From Candidatus Gemmiger avicola (GTDB lineage Bacteria; Bacillota; Clostridia; Oscillospirales; Ruminococcaceae): a stretch of DNA of 64,000 bases. The notes under the pieces are model-generated. The model searched no databases. It was not told the DNA's origin and saw only the letters and a program-made list of their open reading frames with translations. Both the position numbers and the translations under genes were made by a program. Every line of letters begins with the position of its first letter. Within the stretch, counting starts at the first letter, position 1. The stretch lies in assembly GCA_019118805.1 (NCBI GenBank), contig DWYG01000190.1, positions 13,434 to 77,433 on the forward strand, in the 5' to 3' direction. Below are positions 1 through 10,340 of this stretch, one piece after another.

Positions 1-1033
1 CGGCAACAGCCGGATGATGGCCGCCCACGGCGTTGCGGGCGAAGCGCTGGCCCGCTGGCAAAACGCCATGGCGGAAGCAGGCAAGACCCCGCTCTTCTTT
101 GCGGCGGACGGCCGGCTCATCGGGATGATTGCGGTGGCCGATACGGTCAAGCCGACAAGCCGGCAGGCAGTTGCCGACCTGCGCGCAATGGGCATTGAGG
201 TTGTGATGCTGACCGGCGACCACGCCAAAACGGCCGAAGCCATCCGCCGCCAGGTCGGGGTTGACCGGGTTGTCGCCGAGGTGCTGCCCGCGGATAAGGA
301 GCGCGAGATCCGCGCCCTGCAGGCCGAGGGCAAAAAAGTGGCCATGGTCGGCGACGGCATCAACGATGCGCCGGCCCTGGCCCGGGCCGATGTCGGCATC
401 GCCATCGGCGCCGGCACCGACGTTGCGATGGAATCGGCCGATATTGTGCTGATGAAGAACGATCTGCTGGATGTGGCCGGCGCAATCGAGCTTTCCAAGG
501 CAACGATCCGCAACATCAAACAGAACCTGTTCTGGGCCTTCTTTTACAACGTCATCGGCATCCCGATCGCGGCCGGCTGCTGGTATGCGGCCTTTGGCCT
601 GCGCATGAACCCGATGATCGCGGCGCTTGCGATGAGCTTCAGCTCGGTGTTCGTTGTCTCCAACGCGCTGCGGCTGCGGTTTTTCAAGCCCCGGCACGGT
701 TCATCGGCCGTGGCTTCGCACGCCGCCTCAACCCTCGCCGCGCCGGCCGAAACCGCCGGCACGGCCCCAACGCCCGCCCCAAACACCCACACCAACGAAA
801 CGGAGGAAACCAGTATGAAAACCACCCTGATGATCGAAGGCATGATGTGCCAGAACTGCGTGAAGCATGTGACCCGTGCGCTCGCCGGCGTTCCCGGCGC
901 GGCCAATGTGCAGGTCAGCCTTGAAACCAAGACCGCAACGCTCGAAACGCCGGACACCGTGACCGAAGACGCGCTGAAAGCCGCCGTGACCGACGCCGGC
1001 TACGAGGTGACCGGCATCCGCCGCGAGGGCTGA
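1..1033 (+). CDS. copA: Copper-translocating P1B-type ATPase, C-terminal part (5' end lies outside the window), with C-terminal HMA domain
   Basis: [17 protein letters not shown] and [10 protein letters not shown] motifs; C-terminal GMMCQNC metal-binding domain; csoR follows immediately. Confidence 0.9.
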   Translation, partial: GNSRMMAAHGVAGEALARWQNAMAEAGKTPLFFAADGRLIGMIAVADTVKPTSRQAVADLRAMGIEVVMLTGDHAKTAEAIRRQVGVDRVVAEVLPADKEREIRALQAEGKKVAMVGDGINDAPALARADVGIAIGAGTDVAMESADIVLMKNDLLDVAGAIELSKATIRNIKQNLFWAFFYNVIGIPIAAGCWYAAFGLRMNPMIAALAMSFSSVFVVSNALRLRFFKPRHGSSAVASHAASTLAAPAETAGTAPTPAPNTHTNETEETSMKTTLMIEGMMCQNCVKHVTRALAGVPGAANVQVSLETKTATLETPDTVTEDALKAAVTDAGYEVTGIRREG

Positions 1034-1036
1034 GCA

Positions 1037-1300
1037 ATGAAGGCCGACAAAGAAAAGGTGACCCGCCAGCTGAAAATCGCGCGCGGCCAGCTGGACGGCG
1101 TGCTGCGGATGATTGAAGAAGACCGCTACTGCGTTGACATTTCAAACCAGCTGCTTGCCACGCAAGCGATCCTCAAACGGGCCAACCAGGAGATTTTGCG
1201 CGCCCACATCCGCGGCTGCGTGCGCGAAGCCCTGCAAACCGACGAACCCAACCCCAAACTGGAAGAAGCGCTTGCCCTGCTTGAAAAAATGAACCAGTAA
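1037..1300 (+). CDS. csoR: CsoR/RcnR family metal-sensing repressor
   Basis: LKIARGQLDGVLRMIEEDRYCVDISNQLLA and HIRGC give the Cys/His/Cys ligand set; adjacent to copA. Confidence 0.9.
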   Translation: MKADKEKVTRQLKIARGQLDGVLRMIEEDRYCVDISNQLLATQAILKRANQEILRAHIRGCVREALQTDEPNPKLEEALALLEKMNQ

Positions 1301-1302
1301 CC

Positions 1303-1347
1303 CACACCCCCGCCGGCTTGGCAGAGCCGGCGGGGGTGTGGTACAAT
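1303..1347 (+). promoter_or_regulatory. Inverted repeat after csoR overlapping a sigma70-type promoter (TTGGCA-18-TACAAT) for the nitroreductase gene
   Basis: cacacccccgccggct/agccggcgggggtgtg stem; TTGGCA 1318-1323; TG-n-TACAAT 1342-1347. Confidence 0.55.
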
Positions 1348-1390
1348 GGGGGCAGCGTTCACAGATTTTGGCGCGAAAGGAGCCCTTTGT

Positions 1391-2152
1391 ATGTCCACTT
1401 CTCTTCCCGAAAACGATACCCTGCGCGCGCTGGCGGCGCGCAAATCGGTTCGCGTGTTTACCGAAGAGCCGGTTACCGAGGCCGAACGCGCGGCGATTTT
1501 GCAGGCCGCGTTCGAAGCGCCGACGGCCGGCAACCAGCAGCTTTACACAATTTTGAACATCACCGCCCCCGCGCTGCGCCAAAAGCTGGCTGATTTATGT
1601 GACCACCAACCGATGGTTGCGGCTGCGCCGTTCTGCCTTGTTTTCCTGGCCGACTGCCGCCGCTGGCCCCGCGCCTACGGCGCGGCCGGCGTCACACCGC
1701 GCCAGGCCGGCCCCGGCGATTTGATGCTGGCTGTGGCCGACGCCTGCATTGCAGCCCAGAACGCCGTGACGGCGGCCGAGAGCCTTGGCATCGGCAGCTG
1801 CTACATCGGCGACATTTTGGAAAACGCCGAGGCCGTGCGCGAGGCGCTTGCCCTGCCCGCCTGTGTGGTGCCGGCCGCGATGCTGATCTTTGGCCGCCCG
1901 ACCGAGCAGCAGCGCCGCCGCCCCAAGCCCCGCCGGTTTGCGCCGGAGGCGATTGTCTGCGAGAACACCTACCGCGACCGCACCGAGGCCGAACTGCGCG
2001 CCGATTTTGCGGCCCGCGACGGCGCCGACTTTGCCTTCGACACCGAAATCCGGGCTTTTTGCGCCCGCAAGTACGACAGCGACTTCAGCCGTGAGATGAG
2101 CCGCAGCGCCGCGGTGTACTGGCAGGATTTTCTGCCCTGGCATGAGGGCTGA
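1391..2152 (+). CDS. Nitroreductase family (NfsA-like) flavin oxidoreductase
   Basis: RKSVRVF, APTAGNQQ and AAESLGIGSCYIG motifs; AAAGGAG RBS before ATG 1391. Confidence 0.85.
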   Translation: MSTSLPENDTLRALAARKSVRVFTEEPVTEAERAAILQAAFEAPTAGNQQLYTILNITAPALRQKLADLCDHQPMVAAAPFCLVFLADCRRWPRAYGAAGVTPRQAGPGDLMLAVADACIAAQNAVTAAESLGIGSCYIGDILENAEAVREALALPACVVPAAMLIFGRPTEQQRRRPKPRRFAPEAIVCENTYRDRTEAELRADFAARDGADFAFDTEIRAFCARKYDSDFSREMSRSAAVYWQDFLPWHEG

Positions 2153-2296
2153 CGGGTTGTTGCAACCAAAAGTTTCAACAGATTGACCGATCCGATTCTT
2201 CCCCGTGTGCGCGCACGGGTGTATACTGATACACAGAAAACCTGGCTTTGCCGGGCCGGGGCCGCATTCTGACCGGCCCGGAAATGGAGGAACCCC

Positions 2297-2875
2297 ATGA
2301 AGAAAATGAACCCTTCCGTGCAGAACCTGACGCTGGCCGCGCTGTTTTTGGCGGCCGGCCTTGTGCTGCCTTTTTTGACCGGCCAGATTCCCCAGATCGG
2401 CAGCATGCTGCTGCCGATGCATCTGCCGGTGCTGCTTTGCGGGCTGGTTTGCGGCTGGCAGTACGGCGCGCTGATCGGTTTTGTGCTGCCGCTGCTGCGC
2501 TTTGCGCTGTTTGGCATGCCGCCGATCTTCCCCACCGGCATTGCGATGTGCTTTGAGCTGGCGGCTTACGGCTTCCTGGCCGGCTGGCTGTGGGCCCATT
2601 CGCGCTGGAAGTGCGTCAAGGCGCTGTACGCCTGCCTGCTCCCCGCGATGATTGGCGGGCGCGTGGTCTGGGGCGTGGCGGAAGTCATCCTGCTCGGGCT
2701 TTCGGGCAGCGCCTTCACCTGGGGCGCCTTTATCGCCGGCGCGCTGCTCAACGCGGTGCCGGGCATCATCCTGCAACTGCTCTTTATCCCGGCGTTCATG
2801 GTTGCGCTTGACCGCACCGGGTTCCGCCGGTTTGGCAAAAATGAAGGCCGCACGGGCGAAGCCGCCGCGAAGTAA
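2297..2875 (+). CDS. ECF transporter S component (substrate unknown)
   Basis: 192 aa hydrophobic protein, about 6 TM segments, LLPMHLPVLLCGL motif; GGAGG RBS. Confidence 0.75.
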   Translation: MKKMNPSVQNLTLAALFLAAGLVLPFLTGQIPQIGSMLLPMHLPVLLCGLVCGWQYGALIGFVLPLLRFALFGMPPIFPTGIAMCFELAAYGFLAGWLWAHSRWKCVKALYACLLPAMIGGRVVWGVAEVILLGLSGSAFTWGAFIAGALLNAVPGIILQLLFIPAFMVALDRTGFRRFGKNEGRTGEAAAK

Positions 2876-2929
2876 CGCGGCAACCTTGCGTTGCAGCAAG
2901 CCGCGCCCCATTTTCCTGTTTTATCACAA

Positions 2930-2984
2930 AAGAACCCCCGCCGCCCCGCAAGGCATGCAGCTTTGCGGGGCGGCGGGGGTTCTT
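2930..2984. terminator. Long GC-rich hairpin between convergent genes (probable bidirectional terminator)
   Basis: aagaacccccgccgccccgcaa / ttgcggggcggcgggggttctt inverted repeat. Confidence 0.7.
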
Positions 2985-3001
2985 GCCTGTTCGTCTGTCC
3001 G

Positions 3002-3943
3002 TCAATTTTTCGCCAGCAGCGCGGCGCCGATGACGCCTGCGCGGTAGCCGAGGGTGCAGGTGGTGATACGGGTTTTCTTTTTTGCAAAGTCAGCGCCGAA
3101 CACCAGCGGTTCTGCTTCGGCGCGCAGCGGGGCGAGCAGCGCTTCGCCCTGGTTGGCAATACCGCCCGACAGGCCGATCACTTCCGGGAAGAAGATGTTG
3201 ATCAGGTTGGCAACCCCCACCGCCAGGTCGTGGACATAGGCGTTCACCACCTCGACCGCAACGGCGTCGCCTGCATCGCGGCCGTCAAAGGCGGTGCGGC
3301 CGGTGACGTCCTCCAGGCCGGGGGCCAGCTGCCAGAGCTTGCTTTCGGGGTGGGCAGCCATTGCCTCGCGGGTGCGGCGGATCAGCGCGGTTGCGCTGGC
3401 GTAGGCTTCCAGGTCGCCGCGCCGGCCACAGGTGCACAGCGGCGCGTCCTCTGTGTCACGGATGACCATATGCCCCAGCTCCGCCGCAGCGCCGGTATAA
3501 CCGGTCAGCAGCTTGCCTTCGATCACAACGCCGCCGCCGACCCCGGTGCCCAAGGTCAGGATAACCGCACTGTGCGCGCCTTTGGCGCAGCCGGCCAGCG
3601 CTTCGCCGTAGGCCGCGGCGTTCGCGTCGTTGGCCAGGCAGACCGGCAGGCCGAGCTTTGCCTGCAGGTAGGGCCCCATCGCAAAGTTGGACCACGCCAG
3701 ATTGTTGGAATACAGCACGGTACCGGTTGCATCTTCCACCGTGCCGGGGCAGCCAATGCCGACACCGGCGACCGGGTCGTTGCCGGCCACCTCGCGGCAG
3801 AGCGCGGCAATGTCATCGCAGACAGCCTCTGCCGGGCGGGGCAGGTTGGTGGGGCGGCTGCCCTCACGCAGGATGTTGCCGGTGGCATCCACCAGCGCAA
3901 CCTTGATGTTGGTACCGCCAAGATCGACTCCGAGTGTGTTCAT
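3002..3943 (-). CDS. ROK family sugar kinase (glucokinase/mannokinase-like)
   Basis: GVDLGGTNIK, NDANAAAYGE, TLGTGVGGG and ELGH...CTCGRRG motifs. Confidence 0.9.
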   Translation of the reverse strand: MNTLGVDLGGTNIKVALVDATGNILREGSRPTNLPRPAEAVCDDIAALCREVAGNDPVAGVGIGCPGTVEDATGTVLYSNNLAWSNFAMGPYLQAKLGLPVCLANDANAAAYGEALAGCAKGAHSAVILTLGTGVGGGVVIEGKLLTGYTGAAAELGHMVIRDTEDAPLCTCGRRGDLEAYASATALIRRTREAMAAHPESKLWQLAPGLEDVTGRTAFDGRDAGDAVAVEVVNAYVHDLAVGVANLINIFFPEVIGLSGGIANQGEALLAPLRAEAEPLVFGADFAKKKTRITTCTLGYRAGVIGAALLAKN

Positions 3944-4038
3944 GGGATGACCTCCTGGGATATAGTTGTATGGGTTATGCTACGAGCAGCTGCCTGCCGG
4001 ACGCCCCGGAGACAGCGGATGGCTTTTGCGCTTTCCCC

Positions 4039-6645
4039 TCACCCTTCCACGGTCAGCGCGGCGGTGAGCAGGATGTTTTCGGCGTTGTCGCCGATCTGGA
4101 TTTCAAACCGGCCGGGCTCGACCCGCCAGACGTAATCCGCCCCGAGGGTGCGCAGCGCCCGGGTGCCCACCCGGAACCGCACCTGCCGGCTTTCGCCGGG
4201 GGCCAGGGTGATGCGCGCAAAGCCGGCCAGCGTGTGCAGCGGCTTGACAACCGAACTGACAAGGTCCCGCACATAGAGCTGCGGCACGGCGTCGCCGGCC
4301 ACCGCGCCGGTGTTGGTCACGGTGACGGTGGCTTCAACCTCGCCGTCGGGGGGGATGGTATCGGCGCTCAGGCGCAGATCCTGGTAGGCGAAGGTTGTGT
4401 AGGTCAGGCCGTAGCCAAACGGCCAGAGCGGGGCCCAGTCCATCTCGACATATTTTTTGCCGCCGCCGGGCCGCCGGGCATAGTGGCAGGGCACCTGGCC
4501 GACGCTGCGCGGGAAGGTGATCGGCAGGCGTCCGCCGGGCGCGGCCTTGCCGAACAGCAGGTCGGCGATGGCCGCCCCGCCCTGCTCGCCGGGGAACCAG
4601 GCTTCCAGGATTGCGTCAAGGTGTTCGTTTTCCCAGTTGGCGGTAACCGGTCGGCCGCTTTGCAGCACAAGCACGGTGGGGGTGCCGGTGGCCCAGACCG
4701 CTTTGGCCAGCGCAAGCTGCCGGCCGGGCAGATCGAGTGAGACGCGGTCAAAGTTTTCGCCGCTGGTTTCCTCATTATCGCCAAGGCAGAGGATCGCGAC
4801 ATCGGCTTCCCGCGCAAGGGCCACCGCCGCCTCGATATCCTCGCGGCCTTCGCTGTAGCCGAAGATAACCCGCGCGCCGCGGCCGTCGTTGACAAACTCA
4901 ATCCGCACGCGGTAGGGGCGGTTGGCTTCAAAGAAGAAATCAACCGCCTGGTCGGCGCTCTTGCCGGGGCCCCAGCCGTCAATGAGCAGCTCGTCGTCGA
5001 TCCACAGCCGCATGCTGTCCTGGGTGGACAGGCCGATGCAGCCGTCCAGGTCGCGCGGCAGCGTGACGGTGCCGGTCCAGGCGACGCTGAAGCAGTTGGC
5101 GTCAAGCGCCGGGTGGGGCAGCGCAAAGATCCAGTTGAAGTTGACGGTTCGGTCGGTGCGGGTTTGCACCGGGGTACCGCAGGGGGTGGGGCCGTTGTAA
5201 TACCGGCCGGTCAGGCCGGGGTTGCCGTCCTCATCATGCAGATAGGCAGGATCAAACGGGTGGAGGGATTCGCCCAGGAAATTGCAGCCGCGGGCATACA
5301 GCACCCGGGTTTCGGGGCTGACGGCGGCGCGGATGCCATCCAGCACGCTGACGGCGCCGGTGCGGCCGCGGGCTTCGGAATAATCGCCGAGCATGGCCTG
5401 CGCCGCGCCGGGGCCCAGCACCGCAACGCTTCCGATGGCGGGTGAAAGCGGCAAAAGGCCGCCCTGGTTTTTGAGCAGCACGGCGCTTCTTTCCGCAATT
5501 TTGCGGGCCAGGGCCAGGTGGTCGGGGCAGCGCAGCGCTTTCTCTTCACGGGATTCATCGGTATAGGGGTGTTCGAACAGGCCAAGCCGGAACTTGATGC
5601 GCAAAATCCGCCGGCAGGCTTCATCGAGAACAGCAGGGTCAAGCCGGCCGTCGGCCAGCAGTTCAGCGATGCCGCCCTGCCAGACCTCGTGCGGGAAATC
5701 GTAGAGTTCCATATCGACGCCGGCCGTCAGCCCCTGGCGAATGGCCTCCTGCGGGGTTTCGGCCGTGAAGTGCCAGTCATACAGGCGGGAAACGGCTGTC
5801 ATATCCGCCCGGACATAGCCGGGCATGCCGAATTCACCGCGCAGCACATCAGTCAGCAGCGCATGGTCGGACGAAACCGGCACCCCGTCGATCGCATTGT
5901 AGCTGCACATCGTGTTGCAGGCGCCGGCGTCGCGGAAGGCCGCCTCAAAGACCGGCAGGCAGTCGCTGTAGACCTCGTGCCGGCCCATTGCGGTCGGCGC
6001 GCAGTTCAGCCCGCCGACCGGCATGCCGTAGCCGACATAATGCTTGGGCTCGGCTGCGACGGCGTCGGGCGCGGCGATATCGTTGCCCTGCAAACCGCGG
6101 ACCGTTTCCCGGGCAAAGGCGGCGCACAGGCAGGTGTCCTCGCCGTAGCTTTCCTCGCCGCGGCCATAGCGCGGGTCGCGGATCAGGTCCATGACAGGGC
6201 TGTATGTTTCGTGAATGCCGCAGGCGCGTGCCTCCGTCGCGACGGCGCGGCCCATCTCGTAGCCAAGCGCAGGCTCAAAGCTTGCGGCCAGGCCGATCTG
6301 TTGGGGGAAGCTTGTCGCGCGGCCGGTGTAAAGGCCGTGGAGCGCTTCCTCACTGAAAAGGAACGGGATGCCAAGGCGGGTCTGCTCCACAGCGTAGCGC
6401 TGGACGGCGTTGGCCTGGGCGGCGGTCATGCCGCGCAGCTGTACGCTGCCCACGCTGCGTTTGCCGAGCAGCTCGTCAAGCCGGTCAAAATCGACCGCTG
6501 TAGCCCGGCCGTTTTCATCGACGGTCGTGAAATCGCTGGACCCGTACTGGTCGGTCTGGGCGATCTTTTCCTCGGTCGTCATCCGGGCAAGCAGGTCGTC
6601 AATGCGGGCCTCAATCGGTTGGTTTGGGTCTTGATAAGGATACAT
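4039..6645 (-). CDS. GH3 glycoside hydrolase (beta-glucosidase/xylosidase-like) with PA14 insert and Fn3-like C-terminal domain
   Basis: EEALHG, RDPRYGRGEESYGED, KHYVGY and PLWPFGYGLTYT motifs; central PA14-like insert; start moved to ATG 6645 (RBS AAAGAGG). Confidence 0.9.
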   Translation of the reverse strand: MYPYQDPNQPIEARIDDLLARMTTEEKIAQTDQYGSSDFTTVDENGRATAVDFDRLDELLGKRSVGSVQLRGMTAAQANAVQRYAVEQTRLGIPFLFSEEALHGLYTGRATSFPQQIGLAASFEPALGYEMGRAVATEARACGIHETYSPVMDLIRDPRYGRGEESYGEDTCLCAAFARETVRGLQGNDIAAPDAVAAEPKHYVGYGMPVGGLNCAPTAMGRHEVYSDCLPVFEAAFRDAGACNTMCSYNAIDGVPVSSDHALLTDVLRGEFGMPGYVRADMTAVSRLYDWHFTAETPQEAIRQGLTAGVDMELYDFPHEVWQGGIAELLADGRLDPAVLDEACRRILRIKFRLGLFEHPYTDESREEKALRCPDHLALARKIAERSAVLLKNQGGLLPLSPAIGSVAVLGPGAAQAMLGDYSEARGRTGAVSVLDGIRAAVSPETRVLYARGCNFLGESLHPFDPAYLHDEDGNPGLTGRYYNGPTPCGTPVQTRTDRTVNFNWIFALPHPALDANCFSVAWTGTVTLPRDLDGCIGLSTQDSMRLWIDDELLIDGWGPGKSADQAVDFFFEANRPYRVRIEFVNDGRGARVIFGYSEGREDIEAAVALAREADVAILCLGDNEETSGENFDRVSLDLPGRQLALAKAVWATGTPTVLVLQSGRPVTANWENEHLDAILEAWFPGEQGGAAIADLLFGKAAPGGRLPITFPRSVGQVPCHYARRPGGGKKYVEMDWAPLWPFGYGLTYTTFAYQDLRLSADTIPPDGEVEATVTVTNTGAVAGDAVPQLYVRDLVSSVVKPLHTLAGFARITLAPGESRQVRFRVGTRALRTLGADYVWRVEPGRFEIQIGDNAENILLTAALTVEG

Positions 6646-6773
6646 GGGGATGCCTCTTTCGTTGGGTAAAGCGTGACAGGTGGTAAAGCGGGATGCTGAT
6701 GAGAGTGTAAAAGTGTAGAGTGAAGATGTGGCGCGCCTTCGGCGCGATTTTAAAAAGCACCGACAACTTACCG

Positions 6774-8045
6774 TTACTTTACCGCCGGAAGACGGCGGCC
6801 GTTGACGGCAAGGTTCGCAAAGCCGCCGACGGCGGCGAGGACGAACAGCACCCGGATCGAACCGTTGCCCAGCGGCAGCGCAAGCAGGGGCTGCACTGCC
6901 GTGGCGACAGCCGCCGAAGCGCAGGCCACCATACTGGCCAGCGCCGCCGTGGTGCCGATGTAAGCCGTTTTGCCGCTGGGCGGGCTGCAGGCATACTGCA
7001 GGTTGAGGCTGGCGGTGGCGGCCCCGCCGGCACAGCCGGCGGAAGCCACCATGAGCACCGGCGCCAGCCAGGGCGCCCAAGCCGGCTGAACCAGCGCCCA
7101 GCCCAGCGTGCAGGAAAGGCTGCAGGCGGCCGCCGCGCGGATCACCCGCCGCCAGTTGGTGCGGTCTGCCCAGCGGCCCAGCAGCCAGCTGCCGGCCATG
7201 CCGGCCACTGCCGATACCACCCCGACCGTGGTCAAGAAAGTATGGCCGAGCCCGAGCACCCGCATCTGATAAACCGTCAAAAACGGGGTGGCAAACCCGC
7301 CGAACGCCCCGCCAAGCACCGAGTAGAGCAGCATTGGGCGGAAGGTTGCGTCCCGCAGGGGGTGCAGCACTTCCCGCAGGCGCATCCGGCTGGTGAAGGC
7401 GACGGGGTTTTCCCGGGTGGCGGCAAGCAGGGCGGCGTCAAGCGCGGCAAGCGCCAGGCAGACTGCCCCGACCGCGCTGTACCCGGCGGCCGCGTGGCCG
7501 GCCGCAATCCAGGCGTCCAGCAGGCGCCCCAGCACCAGCGTGCAGCCGCTGTTGACGCAGTTGGCCACAATATCCTTGACGGCAAAGAACCTTCCGCGGG
7601 CTTCGGGCGGGGCCAGGCCGATCGTCATGTGCTGCAGCCCGGGCGTGACCGCCCCCGCCGCGGCAAAGGCCAGGGTATACAGCACAAAGGCCATGCCCTC
7701 GGCCTGCGGGCCCATCCGGGCCGGCAGCAGGAAGGTCAGGCTGAGCGAAAACCGGAACACCACGCAGAGCGACCATATCGCAAGCTTGCGGTGGTGGAGC
7801 CGTTCAAACAAAAGCGGAGAGAAAAATTGCAGGATACACCCTGCCTGGGGGATCATGGCCATCAGGGCGCAGAAGGAGACCGAAGCTCCCATCTGGCCGA
7901 GATAGCCTGTCATAAAGTTACCGGTCCCGATGCTGTACAGCACACCAGCCACTGCGCCTTCGGCAATCAAACAGCGGCGGCCCCGGGTCAATTGTTCCTC
8001 AGTGGGCGGTGCCGGGTCGAAAAACAGCTTTCGGAGGGAAAGCAT
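6774..8045 (-). CDS. MFS transporter
   Basis: About 12 hydrophobic segments; GRWADRT loop motif; lies inside the glycan locus. Confidence 0.75.
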   Translation of the reverse strand: MLSLRKLFFDPAPPTEEQLTRGRRCLIAEGAVAGVLYSIGTGNFMTGYLGQMGASVSFCALMAMIPQAGCILQFFSPLLFERLHHRKLAIWSLCVVFRFSLSLTFLLPARMGPQAEGMAFVLYTLAFAAAGAVTPGLQHMTIGLAPPEARGRFFAVKDIVANCVNSGCTLVLGRLLDAWIAAGHAAAGYSAVGAVCLALAALDAALLAATRENPVAFTSRMRLREVLHPLRDATFRPMLLYSVLGGAFGGFATPFLTVYQMRVLGLGHTFLTTVGVVSAVAGMAGSWLLGRWADRTNWRRVIRAAAACSLSCTLGWALVQPAWAPWLAPVLMVASAGCAGGAATASLNLQYACSPPSGKTAYIGTTAALASMVACASAAVATAVQPLLALPLGNGSIRVLFVLAAVGGFANLAVNGRRLPAVK

Positions 8046-8063
8046 CCGGGCAGTTCCTCCGGG

Positions 8064-9923
8064 TCAGCTCCGTACTTCGGGCGCATGGACAGAGCCATAG
8101 GCACGGTGGCGCAGGCAGTCTGCCCAGGCGCAGAACAGCCGGATCAGGTTCGGCGTAGCCGAAACCCGGCTCGTCTTGTCCCATTCCTGGCGGTAGAGAT
8201 AGAACCAGCTCTCAAGCCGGCCGGCCAGCGCATCGCCCTCGGCCGCATCGTCGGGGTTTTGCACCAGATGCGCGCCGATTTCGTTCCACAGCGCAATGCC
8301 ATCGGCCACAACACAGAGCAGCGATACAATCTCCTTGCGGCCGACCGGCATGCTGCGGGCGGCCTGCAAAATCTGTGCTTTGGCCGCGGCGACCGCCTCG
8401 TTCGCGGCCGGGATGGCCGCGGCATCGACTTCGGTGAGGATCTTCGCGCGGGTTTCGTCGCTGCCTTCTATGTACTGCACGGCGCGGGCCCAGTTGAAGA
8501 TTTCATGGTGGTCGGCCAGCGCCGCCATCGCACCGACAAGGCGGCCCGAAGCGTCGCGGTATTCAAGGCGGGAGACCGCCTCGTTGATCTCCTCAAACGG
8601 GATTTCGTCGGCGTTCCAGGCAAAGGCCGCGCCATACAGCTGGCCCGGCACGGTCAGGCGCGGGTCGTTGATATGGCCATAATCGCCCCAGTCGGTGTTG
8701 AGCAGGCCGATCGCGCCGTACTTGCGGGCGTGGCGGCACATCACGCGGTTGTTGCGGTAGGCATAATCGAGCAGCGGCATCCACTGGTTCCAGCCGCAGC
8801 AGCCGGGGCAGGCATACTGGGTGATGCCGGAAGCCGCAATGTCCCGGATCTCGTTCTCGCGCTGGTCGGGCAGGTAACCCCAGTTCAGGCAGATCGTCTC
8901 CTTGGGCAGTTCGCGGCAGCTTTCGGGGAAGCGCCACATGATATCGCCCCAGAACATCGGGATGCCGCCCTGGGCGACAATATGCTCGCACAGCGCTTTG
9001 ACATGCCGGACATAGAGCGCGCGCTCGCCGCCCTCGGCTTCGGCCAGGGCCTTGCTGCGGCCCTTGGCAAGGTCGAAGGTTTCATCGTCGCAGATGTTGA
9101 ACTTGTTGGTGCGGAAGAGCGGACGGTATTCATCAATCAGCCCGATGACAAAGCCGAGCGCGTCGGGGTGGCTGACATTGAGGGTGTGATGCGCCCCGGC
9201 ATAGGTGTAGGAGAAGGGGATCTTCTCGGAATCGGGCAATTCGCAGAGGTCGCAGCAGGTCTTGGTGGAAAGGATCTTGTACATATGCCCGAAGGTCGAA
9301 AGGCTCGGCACCAGTTCGATGTGGCGGGCGGCACAGTAGTCGTCGAGCTCGAGAATCTCCTGCGCGGTCAGCGGGGTATCGTCGCGCCAGGCCTCGGAGA
9401 GGTTCTCAAACAGATAGGTGTGCTCGATATAGAGCTGCCATTCGTTGATCTTGTAGCGGCACAGGCGGTCGGCCACCTGCTTGAGGTAGCTGAGCTTGGG
9501 CACACGGCCGCGGGAGCAATCGAAGTAATAGCCGCGGTGGGCCATGTCCGGCCAATCCTCAATTTGCTGGGCCGGCAGCGCCGCGCCTTCGCCCTCGATA
9601 AGCTGGCGCAGCGTCTGGACGCCGTTGCACAGCGCCTCGTCGTCGCCGGCCGCGACCGTGACCCGCGCGGGGGTCACGGTCAGGGTGTAGCGGCCGGCCT
9701 GCTGGGCGGGGTCAATCTCCAGGTTGACCATGCCGTCCCGCGCAGCGCCGCGCAAAATGGCGCAGTGCAGGCCGGTTTCGGCTTCCAGTGTCTGCTGCAG
9801 CATCTGGGCATAGAGCAGCGCGCCCGGCGCGGCGCCAAAGGTCAGGCGGATGGCGGTGCTGATACCGAAGGCGAACGTCCCCTGCCCCGGTTCCACCCGC
9901 TTGGGTTTTGGTAGAAGGTTCAT
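8064..9923 (-). CDS. GH20 family beta-N-acetylhexosaminidase-like protein
   Basis: N-terminal LLPKPK, DWPDMAHRGYYFDCSRG, catalytic-type NICDDETFD and TDWGDYGH; start ATG 9923 with GAGG RBS. Confidence 0.85.
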   Translation of the reverse strand: MNLLPKPKRVEPGQGTFAFGISTAIRLTFGAAPGALLYAQMLQQTLEAETGLHCAILRGAARDGMVNLEIDPAQQAGRYTLTVTPARVTVAAGDDEALCNGVQTLRQLIEGEGAALPAQQIEDWPDMAHRGYYFDCSRGRVPKLSYLKQVADRLCRYKINEWQLYIEHTYLFENLSEAWRDDTPLTAQEILELDDYCAARHIELVPSLSTFGHMYKILSTKTCCDLCELPDSEKIPFSYTYAGAHHTLNVSHPDALGFVIGLIDEYRPLFRTNKFNICDDETFDLAKGRSKALAEAEGGERALYVRHVKALCEHIVAQGGIPMFWGDIMWRFPESCRELPKETICLNWGYLPDQRENEIRDIAASGITQYACPGCCGWNQWMPLLDYAYRNNRVMCRHARKYGAIGLLNTDWGDYGHINDPRLTVPGQLYGAAFAWNADEIPFEEINEAVSRLEYRDASGRLVGAMAALADHHEIFNWARAVQYIEGSDETRAKILTEVDAAAIPAANEAVAAAKAQILQAARSMPVGRKEIVSLLCVVADGIALWNEIGAHLVQNPDDAAEGDALAGRLESWFYLYRQEWDKTSRVSATPNLIRLFCAWADCLRHRAYGSVHAPEVRS

Positions 9924-9975
9924 AAAAGATACCTCGTTCGTGCAAAATAATAAAGAATAAAGAAGAAATAAGAAA

Positions 9976-10317
9976 CGTGGTGGACCGCGCGCCTGTGCCG
10001 CGCTCAAAATCATCCTTGCAGGGCGGGAAATTCCTTTCCCGGCTGCAATTCGCCGCAGACCGGGCCGATATGGAATCGGCCCCTAAAGCGCGGTTCGATA
10101 AGAAAACAAAGCCGCAAAATCTATCTGAAATACAGCATCTGCCGCGTTATCGGGCTTTGCGTTCCATCAAGGAGCGCGGCAGCCCTCTGCCTTGCAGCTG
10201 CCGCATTTCAGCGATTTTGCGGTGCTACGCAGTTCCTTCGGAACCTTTGTTTTCTTATCTTACACGCTTACGGCTTTGTTTTTTGAGCGCGGCCGTCAGG
10301 GCGCGCGATCCACCACG
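9976..10317. mobile_element. MITE/REPIN-like element: imperfect ~35 bp terminal inverted repeats enclosing an inverted REP-like pair
   Basis: cgtggtggaccgcgcgcc..gccgcgctcaaaa (9976-10009) vs ttttgagcgcggc..gggcgcgcgatccaccacg (10281-10317); internal palindromes at about 10017-10086. Confidence 0.5.
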
Positions 10318-10340
10318 ACTCCTAAATTTCTAATCCGCCA

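Noticed and set aside
2153..2296. Vitamin riboswitch upstream of the ECF S component
   Set aside because: I could not recognise TPP, FMN, cobalamin, THF or preQ1 consensus elements; only a hairpin near the RBS. An Rfam scan would settle it
6646..7080. N-terminal extension of the GH3 ORF (and similar extensions on other track ORFs)
   Set aside because: It overlaps the MFS gene; downstream starts with proper RBSs fit the families better
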